A stretch of DNA of 64,000 nt from Candidatus Latescibacterota bacterium (GTDB taxonomy: Bacteria > Latescibacterota > UBA2968 > UBA8231), in assembly GCA_964291625.2 (NCBI GenBank), contig OZ220089.1:1472001-1536000 (forward strand), written 5' to 3'. Shown in pieces: positions 1 to 8,640 of this stretch (position 1 is the stretch's first letter; each line of letters opens with the position of its first letter). The position numbers and the translations under genes are program-made. The notes under the pieces are model-generated. The model saw nothing but the letters and a program-made list of their open reading frames with translations. It was not told the origin of the DNA and made no database searches.

Positions 1-351
1 GCCCACGAGGGCGGCATCCGACCCGGGGTCCTCGAGGCACAGCGAGTCGAGGGCCAGGCGCAGGATGTCGATCGGCCTCTGGCCTGCGGCTGCGGCGGCC
101 TCGATCAGGGACCGGGTGCCGGCGGGAAGGGTCCACCCTGAGATCCGTCCCTGGAGCGCGTCGAGCTGCTCGGCGTCCGGGAGCTCACCTGTCCACAGCA
201 GGCAGACCGTCTCCTCGAACCAGGCCCTCGGGGCCAGCTCCTCCACCGGGAATCCGCCCAGCCAGAGCCGGCCCTCCTCCCCGTCGATCCCGCTCAACCG
301 CGTGCGGGCGGCGACTACGCCTTCCAGGCCTTCCTCGATCCCCACCGTCAT
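1..351 (-). CDS. citrate/2-methylcitrate synthase family protein, N-terminal part (runs off window)
   Basis: Manual translation from ATG 351: MTVGIEEGLEGVVAARTRLSGIDGEEGRLWLGGFPVEELA...FEETVCLLWTGELP, the canonical citrate synthase N-terminus. Confidence 0.85.
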   Translation of the reverse strand, partial: MTVGIEEGLEGVVAARTRLSGIDGEEGRLWLGGFPVEELAPRAWFEETVCLLWTGELPDAEQLDALQGRISGWTLPAGTRSLIEAAAAAGQRPIDILRLALDSLCLEDPGSDAALVG

Positions 352-378
352 GTTCCGCTCCCTTCGGTCCGGGTTCGA

Positions 379-430
379 TTGACGATTGTACCACGAGCCC
401 ATACATTGTCAATGTTGATCCAATAATCAA
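379..430. promoter_or_regulatory. overlapping divergent sigma70-like promoters with palindromic operator candidates
   Basis: + strand TTGACG(379-384)-N17-TACATT(402-407); - strand TTGACA(412-407)-N16-TACAAT(390-385); palindromes ACATTG-T-CAATGT (403-415) and TTGAT-N6-ATCAA (415-430). Confidence 0.6.
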
Positions 431-445
431 TCTATCAGTCCTCGA

Positions 446-1669
446 ATGCCTCCTTCACGCTACCTCTCCTCCACCGAGGCCTGCTCCGAGCTGGGAATCC
501 AGCCGCAGACCCTCTACTCCTACGTGAGCCGCGGTCTGGTCCGCTCCGAGAGCGGGGACCAGCGGCGCCGCACCCGCCAGTACCACCGCGAGGACATCGA
601 GCGGCTCCGCCACCAGAAGGAGCTTCGGGCCCACCCCGAGGCCGCCGCCGGACGAGCCCTGCGGGCCCGGGATCCGGTCCTGGAGTCCGCCCTCAGCCGG
701 ATCGACGACGACGACCTCTACTACCGGGGGATCAGCGTCGGCGAGCTGGCGCGGCAGAGCACGGCCGAGGAGGTGGCGGCCCTGCTGTGGACGGGGGACC
801 GGTCCCGGCCCATCGAGGGATTCGCCGGCGAGATCCGGCTCGAAGGAGTCGGCCCCGCCCTCGACGCGGAGCTGGCGCCGCTGTCGGCCGTCGAACGGAT
901 GCAGGCGCTGCTGCCCGTGATCGGAGCGGGCGATCCCGCGGCCTACGCCACGGCGCCTCCGCGGATCCATCGCAGCGGGGCCCGCATCCTCCGGCTCATG
1001 ACGCTGATCGCCGCCGGCCGGCCGCGGACCGGCAGCGGAATCGCCCGGACCCTGCAGACCGCCTGGCTGCCGGAAAGACCGGAGACCGCCCGGCTCCTCG
1101 AGGCCGCCCTGATCCTCTGCGCCGACCACGAGCTCAACGTCTCCACCTTCACCTGCCGCACCGTGGCGTCGAGCGGGGCCGGCCTCCACGCGGTGGTCAC
1201 GGCCGGACTCAGCGCTCTGCAGGGACCCCGCCACGGCGGATCGACCGGTCGCCTGGAGGCCCTCTGGGACGAAGCGGAAGCCAGCGGCGCAGGCGAGACG
1301 ATCGCCAGCAGGCTCCGGAGAGGGGACCCCGTCGAGGGCTTCGGACACGTGGTCTACCGCGGCGTCGACCCGCGGGCGAAGATCCTCCTGGACCTGCTGG
1401 AGGCAGCGGTCCCCGAGGCCCTGGAACTTCAGACCGCGAGGGAGTTGATCGGGGAGGTCGGGAAACGGACGGGGCTCTCCCACAACCTGGACCTGGCGCT
1501 GGTGGCCCTGCGCCGGTCCCTGGGCCTGGAGAGAGGAGCCGCCCTGCTGTTGTTCTGCCTCGGCCGGACCATCGGCTGGATCGCCCACGCGATGGAACAG
1601 TACCAGACCGGACGCCTCATCCGCCCGCGCGCGAGATACACGGGACCGGATCCACGGAAAGGGAACTGA
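446..1669 (+). CDS. HTH (MerR/excisionase-like)-citrate synthase fusion protein
   Basis: N-terminal YLSSTEACSELGIQPQTLYSYVSRG HTH; citrate synthase motifs DHELNVSTF, GPRHGG, GFGHVVY, NLDLAL, GRTIGWIAH. Confidence 0.9.
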   Translation: MPPSRYLSSTEACSELGIQPQTLYSYVSRGLVRSESGDQRRRTRQYHREDIERLRHQKELRAHPEAAAGRALRARDPVLESALSRIDDDDLYYRGISVGELARQSTAEEVAALLWTGDRSRPIEGFAGEIRLEGVGPALDAELAPLSAVERMQALLPVIGAGDPAAYATAPPRIHRSGARILRLMTLIAAGRPRTGSGIARTLQTAWLPERPETARLLEAALILCADHELNVSTFTCRTVASSGAGLHAVVTAGLSALQGPRHGGSTGRLEALWDEAEASGAGETIASRLRRGDPVEGFGHVVYRGVDPRAKILLDLLEAAVPEALELQTARELIGEVGKRTGLSHNLDLALVALRRSLGLERGAALLLFCLGRTIGWIAHAMEQYQTGRLIRPRARYTGPDPRKGN

Positions 1670-1671
1670 CC

Positions 1672-2067
1672 ATGTCCATCGACCAGATGAACCACTACCA
1701 GCGCAAGCTCGCCTGCGAGATGGACTCGTGGGACCTCTACGAAGCCCTGGGCGAGAGCGAACCCGTCACCGTCATCGACGGCCGCTCTGCCGAGGCCTAC
1801 GCGGAAGAGCACATTCCGGGCGCGGTCAGCCTGCCGCACCGGAAAATCTCACACAGTTCCACCCGGACCCTGGACAAGTCCCGGGTCCACGTCTGCTACT
1901 GCGACGGCATCGGCTGCAACGCCTCGACCAAGACGGCGCTGAAGCTGCTCACCCTGGGCTTCGAAGTGCGCGAGCTGATCGGAGGGCTGGACTGGTGGAA
2001 GCGCGACGGCTACGCCACCGCGGGGACCGGCGGGCGGCCCGGGACGGAGGTCAGGTGTGGGTGTTGA
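1672..2067 (+). CDS. rhodanese-like sulfurtransferase
   Basis: ATG 1672 just after the previous stop; VIDGRSAEAYAEEHIPGA, CYCDGIGCNAS, LIGGLDWW. Confidence 0.9.
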   Translation: MSIDQMNHYQRKLACEMDSWDLYEALGESEPVTVIDGRSAEAYAEEHIPGAVSLPHRKISHSSTRTLDKSRVHVCYCDGIGCNASTKTALKLLTLGFEVRELIGGLDWWKRDGYATAGTGGRPGTEVRCGC

Positions 2068-2071
2068 GGGA

Positions 2072-2398
2072 TCAGGTCCCGTTTTCCAGCCGCGCACTCA
2101 CGAGCCGGTTCAGGCTGACCCCTTGCTCGGCAGCCTGGATAGCCAGCGCTCGATGGGATTCCGGCGGCACCCGCACCATGAACTTCCCGCTGTAGCTGCG
2201 GTCCGCGATCGGCTCGGGGGCGGTTTCTCCGGTGACTTGCATGTCTGCGAGGCACTCGCGCACCAGGCGTTGGATTCCAGACAGCGCCGCGGCGTGCGTA
2301 GGTGCCAGCCAGCTCAGCGAGGGGAACTCCGCGCACAGACCGACATGCTCGTTGTCTTCCGCCGACCACGTGATGCGGTAGGTGTAATGGTCGCTCAT
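2072..2398 (-). CDS. hicB: HicB-family antitoxin
   Basis: YTYRITWSAEDNEHVGLCAEFPSLSW...YSGKFMVRVPPESHRALAIQAAEQGVSLNRLV (RNase H-like fold + RHH). Confidence 0.9.
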   Translation of the reverse strand: MSDHYTYRITWSAEDNEHVGLCAEFPSLSWLAPTHAAALSGIQRLVRECLADMQVTGETAPEPIADRSYSGKFMVRVPPESHRALAIQAAEQGVSLNRLVSARLENGT

Positions 2399-2559
2399 CT
2401 CATGCCCTCCAGCCTTTCGATGGCCTTGATGACTTGGCGCACCTGGTAGGGTTTCGCCATCCCCCTTGGCGTTCTGGATGTTCACACGCGGATCTCCAAG
2501 CCACGGTGTCCGGTAGACTGATGACTGGTGCTCTTCTGGCGCGGATCTCCGAAGTAGTA
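2395..2559 (-). pseudogene. hicA: HicA toxin remnant (5' deleted, two frameshifts)
   Basis: Three frames join to YYFGDPRQKSTSH / VYRTPWLGDPRVNIQNAKG / MAKPYQVRQVIKAIERLEGMR*, with ATGA overlap to hicB. Confidence 0.8.
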
Positions 2560-2585
2560 GCATTAATGATACTGTTGTCAATACC

Positions 2586-5000
2586 TCACTCCGTCCTGAT
2601 GACGAAGTAGGGCGTCCCGATGCGCCAGTCGGGCCAGCGGGTGGCCCGGCCATCGCCGAAGCCGAACTCGAAGAACACCATCAGGTCCCAGGCGGGATCG
2701 ATCGCCTGGCCGGGGATCACGGCGGAGTGGCCGTCGCCGGCGGGTCGCATGTCGATGCTGTCGAAGTCCAGGGCCTGATGGGCGATCCGGTGGAAGCAGC
2801 GGATGAAGCGCGGCGTGGGTGATTCGCACCGGATGTGCAGCTCCAAGTCGCGCCCGGCGGTGGCGCAGGCTGGAGGAACGAAGGCCACCTGCGGCGGATC
2901 GGGGTGGACCTCCCCGCCAGGGAAAGGCACGGGAGCCGAGGATCCGCTCTCCGGCTGTTCCGCGAGGAGCGCATCGATGGCCGCCAGGTCCCGCTCGACC
3001 ACGGCCAGGTCATCCCTCCAGTGGCCGGTGTGGCCCTTCTCCCGGAACCCGAAGACCAGATCGCCGCCGTAGGCGCCCTCGGCCGCCGAGGACAGGGCCG
3101 ACCAGTGGTCCCGCGCCTGCAGCAGGAGCTCGCGCACGTCAGGCAGCCGATGGCAGTCCCCCGCCTTGCGGTGAAAGGCGAGGTGGACCGCCGCCAGCAG
3201 GCGGCAGGCATGGTACTCCGCCAGGTGCGTGAGCAGGGTGAAGTCGAGCAGGGTGTGCCGCAGCTCCGGCTCCCCCGGATCTCCACTTAGGCCGGACAGA
3301 ATACCGCGCACCTCTGCGGCAATCCGGCGCAGGTGTCCGGCCACCTGGGGCGGCGTCCACTTGCCGCAGAGACGGCCCCCCAGGGCATCCCCCACGTATT
3401 CGTCGATGCCGTAGAACCGGGTCGGGTCGCTGGGCTCGGTGCGCGCGTCCTCCTCCAGGCCGCGGCCGGCGTAGCGCTCGGGCCAGAAGGTCCAGAGGCT
3501 GGCCGAGTGCTGCAGCACCACGGTCAGCAGGGGCAGGATCCGGCCGCCGATGCGGTAGAGTTCCTCCACCGAGGCCGCCGCTCCCCCGAAGCGATGACGC
3601 AGCTCCCGCCGCCAGACTTCGGGATCGCTGTCCGGGTCGTATCCCAGGCGGCCGAAGAGCAGGTGGAACATCCAGTGGCGCCCGTGCTCCGCGGCGGGGG
3701 ACGCGAAGGCGGGATCGGTGCTCGCCGGCCAGGGCGGCCCCTCGTCCCGGACCCCCTTGTTGGTCAGCGGCGCCATCACCTCGAAGCCGTCGCCGCCGAA
3801 GGTGCAGGACCGGGCGAAGCGACGCACCCACTCCGGATCCCCCCACAGCAGCACGCGCTGGCTGCCCGCGCTCCAGAGCCGGTGGATCAGCGGGAAGGAA
3901 CGCGGCTTTCGCAGCAGGTCCCAGGTGCCGTAGCGGCGGTAGTTGTTCCGGTCCAACCGCTGGATCGCCGGCATGGGGTAGGGCAGGCCCAGGTGCTCGC
4001 ACCAGTGCTTGGTGGAGACCATCGTCTCCGGGACGAGCTCCCGCGCCAGTCGGATGGTGTCGTCGGTCAGCCCCTTGGCGCGCAGGTCCAGGCGGACGGG
4101 CCGGCCGCACCCGGCGACGGCGCGGAACTGCGGCTCGTAGTACTCGGCTTGGCGATCCTCGGCGACGCCGGACTCGGAGTTCATGCGGAACTGGACCCCG
4201 TCGATCCCCGGACACGAGTCGAGCAGCCGCGCCAGGCCCGCGGCGTTGTACGCCGCCAGGATCTCCGGCGTGAGGCCCTCCACCATGGGGTCGCCGTAGT
4301 CGTGGGCGTGCTGGGACCAGACGCCGAAGGTGAAGTGCAGGCCCCGCCCGCGGGTGAGTCCGGCGACGCGGACCAGCATCTCCAGGTGCCGGGACCGCTC
4401 CTCGGCGGTGAAGCCGATGGGGCGGACCTGCGGGAACCCGGGAACCTCCAGCAGGAAGGGATACGGCGGCGACAGGTAGGCGATCTGGTGGCCGAAGGTG
4501 AGGCTCAGGTTGTTGTAGCGGCACCGCGCCAGCCGGCCCAGGTACTCCTCCCAGAAACCGTCGTCGTAGAACCAGGCCTCCTCGAGGCGGCGGTTGCAGA
4601 GGAAGAGCTGCATGCTGCGCCAGGCGAGCTGCGGGGACTGGACGGCGGGAGCGATGGCCGCGAAGGCATCGGCTCTCGGCGGCGCCAGCTCGACGGCGCG
4701 CGCCGCTTCGAGGAGGGCGTACGTCAGGCCACGCTCGTCCCGGCCACAGACGAGGAACCCGCCGCCGGCGAGTGGCTGGAGGACCAGGGATTCGGCCGCG
4801 GCGGGACAGCGTACCCCGCCGCGGGCGAGGCCATCCTCCACGGCCGGCGATCCACCCGCCAGGCCGATGACGAAGGCGGGACCCACGCCGGGGGCAGAGG
4901 TGATCTCGGGGGACTCCCCTCGGGCGCGAAGGACGCGTGTCAACTCGTCGAGGGCCCAGCGGGCGGCCGGGGGCAGCGCCGTGTCGACGACGAGTCTCAC
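2586..5000 (-). CDS. large hypothetical protein, glycoside-hydrolase-like (GH67/GH20-type N-terminal domain + probable TIM barrel)
   Basis: 804 aa ORF with high-GC codon bias; AESLVL...CGRDERGLTYALLE resembles the beta-hexosaminidase-like N-terminal domain; family not assignable by eye. Confidence 0.55.
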   Translation of the reverse strand: MRLVVDTALPPAARWALDELTRVLRARGESPEITSAPGVGPAFVIGLAGGSPAVEDGLARGGVRCPAAAESLVLQPLAGGGFLVCGRDERGLTYALLEAARAVELAPPRADAFAAIAPAVQSPQLAWRSMQLFLCNRRLEEAWFYDDGFWEEYLGRLARCRYNNLSLTFGHQIAYLSPPYPFLLEVPGFPQVRPIGFTAEERSRHLEMLVRVAGLTRGRGLHFTFGVWSQHAHDYGDPMVEGLTPEILAAYNAAGLARLLDSCPGIDGVQFRMNSESGVAEDRQAEYYEPQFRAVAGCGRPVRLDLRAKGLTDDTIRLARELVPETMVSTKHWCEHLGLPYPMPAIQRLDRNNYRRYGTWDLLRKPRSFPLIHRLWSAGSQRVLLWGDPEWVRRFARSCTFGGDGFEVMAPLTNKGVRDEGPPWPASTDPAFASPAAEHGRHWMFHLLFGRLGYDPDSDPEVWRRELRHRFGGAAASVEELYRIGGRILPLLTVVLQHSASLWTFWPERYAGRGLEEDARTEPSDPTRFYGIDEYVGDALGGRLCGKWTPPQVAGHLRRIAAEVRGILSGLSGDPGEPELRHTLLDFTLLTHLAEYHACRLLAAVHLAFHRKAGDCHRLPDVRELLLQARDHWSALSSAAEGAYGGDLVFGFREKGHTGHWRDDLAVVERDLAAIDALLAEQPESGSSAPVPFPGGEVHPDPPQVAFVPPACATAGRDLELHIRCESPTPRFIRCFHRIAHQALDFDSIDMRPAGDGHSAVIPGQAIDPAWDLMVFFEFGFGDGRATRWPDWRIGTPYFVIRTE

Positions 5001-5064
5001 CGGGTCGTCTGGCGAGCGCCAGACGGGGGCATCCTCGCGATGGCTCTGGATCGGGGCATGGTGG

Positions 5065-5347
5065 TCAGGAAGGACCGGCGTCCTGGTCCGTCAGATCGAG
5101 CAGAGAGGAACCGTCGTCCAGATCGACGCCGGGTTGCAGGCCTCGTCCCTTGAAGGTCTTCAAGGTGACGCGCAAACTCTTCGCCTCCTCGAAGTGGCGG
5201 ATCGCCGTCTCGAACTTGTCCCGGCACCCGGGATTGCAGAGCACCGACGACCTGGCCGTCGAACTCGGTCAGCGAGTCGGCCTGCACCGGCTTGCCCGAC
5301 CACGGGCAGGTCTCGTTGATGCAATCGGCAATGTCGAGAGCGGGCAT
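5065..5347 (-). pseudogene. small YHS/TRASH-like Cys protein with +1 frameshift, fused to a VapB-like antitoxin tail
   Basis: MPALDIADCINETCPWSGKPVQADSLTEFDGQVVG /frameshift/ LCNPGCRDKFETAIRHFEEAK, then TFKGRGLQPGVDLDDGSSLLDL*. Confidence 0.55.
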
Positions 5348-5384
5348 GGTGTCTCCCCGTAGACTCGTGCAGCGGTCGAGCACC

Positions 5385-6113
5385 CTACTGCGGCGATACC
5401 CGGCTGGTCAACTGCTCCTTCGCGGCCTCGTAGCGCAGGCCCATGGACTCCAGTACCCGCGCCGCGGCTGCATCCGAATCCCTGAGCAGGCCGAGCAGGA
5501 AGTGCTCGCACTGGACGGCCCCCGCACCGGACCCCCTCGCCTCGGCTGCGGCGGACTGGACAACCCTCCTGGCGGTTGGTCCGAACAAGCTCTGCAACTG
5601 GGACGGCCTGGAATCGGCCGGCCCTTCGCTGGCCTGCGAGCTTCCTGCGGACACGGTATTCTCGGCCCTGCGCCGGACCTCGTCGGGCGTGACCCCTAGT
5701 CTCTCCAGTATGGGGCCGGCAACGGGACACATCTCCTCTCCCGCCACGGCGAGCAGCAGGTGTCCGGAGCCCACTTCCCGCTCTCCTCGACGAGCGGCTT
5801 CCGTGCACGCCAACTCGAGGATCTTCCGGATCGAGTCGGCAAAGACCAGCTCATCCGCCTTCTCATCGACCGAGGCCATCATTTTCGGCCAGCTCTCGAA
5901 GCCGTAGTCCCGGGCCAGCGTGAACTGCGCCTCCTGCACGGTGATGCCGGCGTGCCAGCCGCGGCCGTCGCGAGGTTGCCCGGCCAGGCGCGGAAGGTGA
6001 GCGCGCAGCAGCCGGATGGCGGACACCCGGCCGGTGCGGCAGGCTCTCTGCAGCCGCCGCGCCTCTTTCCTGAGGTGCTCCGCGCTTGGACGACGTGGAA
6101 GGGAACGGGACAT
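5385..6113 (-). CDS. Clp N-terminal-repeat protein with an N-terminal 'LPxRPxxEHLRKEA...EAQFxLARxYGFESW' module
   Basis: ATG 6113 with AGAGG RBS; two Clp_N repeats (EAARRGEREVGSGHLLLA; EARGSGAGAVQCEHFLLGLL). Confidence 0.8.
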   Translation of the reverse strand: MSRSLPRRPSAEHLRKEARRLQRACRTGRVSAIRLLRAHLPRLAGQPRDGRGWHAGITVQEAQFTLARDYGFESWPKMMASVDEKADELVFADSIRKILELACTEAARRGEREVGSGHLLLAVAGEEMCPVAGPILERLGVTPDEVRRRAENTVSAGSSQASEGPADSRPSQLQSLFGPTARRVVQSAAAEARGSGAGAVQCEHFLLGLLRDSDAAAARVLESMGLRYEAAKEQLTSRVSPQ

Positions 6114-6274
6114 GCCTGACCTCTTTCCGAAGCGCCGGGGGGTTCGCCAAGGCCGGCAGAAAGAAGGTCGATGGGTACCGCGAGGCGGGGTGGGCTTGGC
6201 CCTGACCGCGAACGTGGGCGCTCCCCCGGGGAGCACTGTTTCGGAAGGTACCCCGGCTCGAGGTCTGCGGTCAA
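6114..6274 (-). promoter_or_regulatory. promoter plus ~125-nt structured 5' leader (candidate cis-regulatory RNA)
   Basis: TTGACC-N18-TACCTT; 5' hairpin GTGCTCCC/GGGAGCGC; stem GACCTTCTTTCTG/CGGAAAGAGGTC sequestering the RBS. Confidence 0.45.
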
Positions 6275-6343
6275 CGCGAAGCCGCTGGCCGGGCTGCTCC
6301 TGGATGACGGACAAGGGGGTTTTCCGTTCATTCAGGACCGGCC

Positions 6344-7315
6344 ATGCAAGCGTCGGGAAGCAGAGAGTCGGGAGTGTACCTGGCACAAGGGATCTCCGCG
6401 AGCGATCCCGATCGGCACATCCGAGCCGCCGCTCTCACCGCCATCGAACGGCTCTCCCGCCAACACGGGGGCAGAGTCCAATGGGCGGACATCCACAAGG
6501 GATTCCACGCCGGAGGTGAGAGGGTCCACTTCGCCAACCGTGCGAAAGGCATCTTCAAACCGAGACAGATGAGCGCCGCCCTCAGCATCAAGACAGTCGT
6601 CCCCCGGTCCGGCCGCGGAGTCTGGTACCGCGACCAGGCCCTTGCGGCCCGGAGCGATCACGCAACCGGCCTTCTGCGCTACGATCTCGCCCGCGGCGGA
6701 CCCGGGGAGTCGACCAACCGATCTCTGAGGATGGCGAAAGAGCGCGGCGCTCCGCTCATCTACTTCGCCGGTCTCTCACCGTCTGTGTATCAGCCGGTGT
6801 TCCCCATCTGGGTCGAAGAGTTCCGCGAGAGCGAGGTCCTGCTCGCTACTGCGGACAACGTGGACTCGGCGGCGAGTTTCGCACACGAGGGACCCGAACG
6901 GTCCTACTCACTTACGACGGCCCAGTCCAGGAACCATCAGGCGTGGTTCAGCGCCCGCACCAAGGCCGCATACGGGTATCAGTGCGCTTTCAGTGGCCTT
7001 CCGGTGCGTGAACTGTTGGTGGGGGCCCACATCATTCCCGACGCCGACGGCGGTCCTCCTTCCGTGAGGAACGGGATCTGCATGTCCACCCTTCACCATA
7101 CAGCCTTCGACACGCACTTGATCGGGGTTGATCCCGACTTCCGGATCCACGTATCGCCGCCCCTCCAGGAACGCAGGGACGGCGACTTGCTCACCACCCT
7201 CAAGGGTCTCGAGGGAACCCGTCTCCGCCTGCCTTCCGACCGGGAGGACTGGCCGAAGGCCGCTTTCCTGGAGCAGCGGTTCTCTCGATTCCTCTCCCAG
7301 GCATCTCCCCCATGA
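6344..7315 (+). CDS. HNH endonuclease, putative restriction (type IV-like) enzyme
   Basis: C-terminal AYGYQCAFSGL...LVGAHIIP...VRNGICMSTLHHTAFDTHLIG; N-terminal KGIFKP...ALSIKT region typical of SRA/PUA-like HNH nucleases; start uncertain. Confidence 0.8.
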   Translation: MQASGSRESGVYLAQGISASDPDRHIRAAALTAIERLSRQHGGRVQWADIHKGFHAGGERVHFANRAKGIFKPRQMSAALSIKTVVPRSGRGVWYRDQALAARSDHATGLLRYDLARGGPGESTNRSLRMAKERGAPLIYFAGLSPSVYQPVFPIWVEEFRESEVLLATADNVDSAASFAHEGPERSYSLTTAQSRNHQAWFSARTKAAYGYQCAFSGLPVRELLVGAHIIPDADGGPPSVRNGICMSTLHHTAFDTHLIGVDPDFRIHVSPPLQERRDGDLLTTLKGLEGTRLRLPSDREDWPKAAFLEQRFSRFLSQASPP

Positions 7316-8058
7316 CCAATTCAGCAACAGGCGACAGCGTCGTCATCCTCTTCAAGGGCGGGCGCCTGCCCACGTGGCACCTGCTCAGCGAAGCCCAGCA
7401 GGCCGACTACGAGCGCCAGCACGTGGACCTGATGCTCTCGGTCTCTGAGCGGCACGGCCTGATGGGGCTGCACGGGTACCGCCTGCTGGCCCCGCTGGGC
7501 GACTGGGTGCGGTTCTGGACGGTCGAGTTCCCGGGCCTGGCCGGCGCCGAGGCCTGGATGGAGGCGGAGGTCGAGCCACCCTACGGGCGCTACGGCTTCC
7601 ACGACTACTCCCTCGCCCGGCGCTGGCAGCCGGAGAGCCTGTCCTGGCTGCCCCGCCGGCCCGAGCCCCCCGTCCCGCCGGACGCCGATGCGCACGTGAT
7701 CGCGCCCCTGTCCGCCGACCCGTCCTCGGTCGTCGTCCTCGCCTTCGGTGGCTGGCGGCGCGGCTCCGACGAGGTCGACCCGCGAACCCGGGGGGACGAG
7801 GAGCGCCGAGAGCGGCTGCGGGAGGTGGCCGGCGAGCACGGCCTCCTGCACGGGGAGGTCTTCCGCCTCCTCGGGACCGCCGACGAGGGCGCGCTGGTCT
7901 GGATCCTCGAGTTTCCCGAGCTGGCCGGCGCCGAGGCCTGGATCGAGGCGGAGGCCGAGCCGCCCGCCGGGGCCTACCAGGAGCGCCGCTTCCACCTGGC
8001 CCGGCGGTGGGCGCCGGAGTACTTCGTCACTTGGCCTCCGCGAAAGTCGGGCGGCTGA
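7312..8058 (+). CDS. hypothetical protein with two internal repeats (probable dimeric alpha+beta barrel)
   Basis: Duplicated motif W.(V/L)EFP.LAGAEAW.EAE.EPP.G.Y......LARRW. Confidence 0.7.
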   Translation: MTNSATGDSVVILFKGGRLPTWHLLSEAQQADYERQHVDLMLSVSERHGLMGLHGYRLLAPLGDWVRFWTVEFPGLAGAEAWMEAEVEPPYGRYGFHDYSLARRWQPESLSWLPRRPEPPVPPDADAHVIAPLSADPSSVVVLAFGGWRRGSDEVDPRTRGDEERRERLREVAGEHGLLHGEVFRLLGTADEGALVWILEFPELAGAEAWIEAEAEPPAGAYQERRFHLARRWAPEYFVTWPPRKSGG

Positions 8059-8129
8059 GACGGGCCCGGATCGCCTGCGCCGTCGTGCCGCGGACCCGAC
8101 CCCCTGGCCATGCTGAGCCCTCGCCGAAC

Positions 8130-8640
8130 CCCGGCTCTCGCCGGCGCCCTGACCTGCCTTTCCTGTTGACCTTGGGCAGCACCGCCCGGCCGATTCCCGC
8201 GACGGGACCGCGGCCCTGACCTCGTGGGCTGCACCACCTGCTCCGCTGGACCCTTGCCTGCGCCTCCCGGCCGATGTCCGCGACCGGACGGCGGCCCCGG
8301 CCTCGTGTGCCGCCCCACCTGCTCTGCTGGACCCTTGCCCGCGCCTCCCGCCGCGGCCCGTCGCCGCGGCCCTGACCTGCCTGCCTTGCTGACCTTCGCT
8401 GGCGCATCCCGGCCGGGGCCCGCGGCCGCGTCCCTGCTCCGGCCTGCTGCGCTGACCTGGCTCCGGTGCGCCCTCGCCGGCGCCGGGCCCCCTGCCCGCC
8501 CGCGGCTCGGGCCTCGTGCGCCGAACCGCCTGCTCTCCTGGACCTCAGCCGGCGCCGGCCGGCCGCTGCCCGCCGGCTCGCGGGTCCGGCCGTGGGCGCT
8601 GATCTGCCTCCTGGGCTGGACCCTGAGCGTCGCCGGGCCC
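8130..8640 (+). repeat. about seven degenerate tandem units (55-90 bp), each resembling the signal-peptide-coding segment of the downstream gene
   Basis: Units near 8146, 8234, 8315, 8369, 8449, 8526, 8596 share a (GCCCTG/CC)ACCTGC..CTGGACC(C/T)T..GC..CCGGCC-like core. Confidence 0.6.

Noticed and set aside
8167-8169. In-frame TGA as selenocysteine
   Set aside because: Aligns with TGG (Trp) of sister repeat units in a signal-like segment; no redox motif or recognisable SECIS
8130-8640. Possible CRISPR array
   Set aside because: Units are degenerate and variable in length, with no identical repeat plus unique spacer structure and no cas genes
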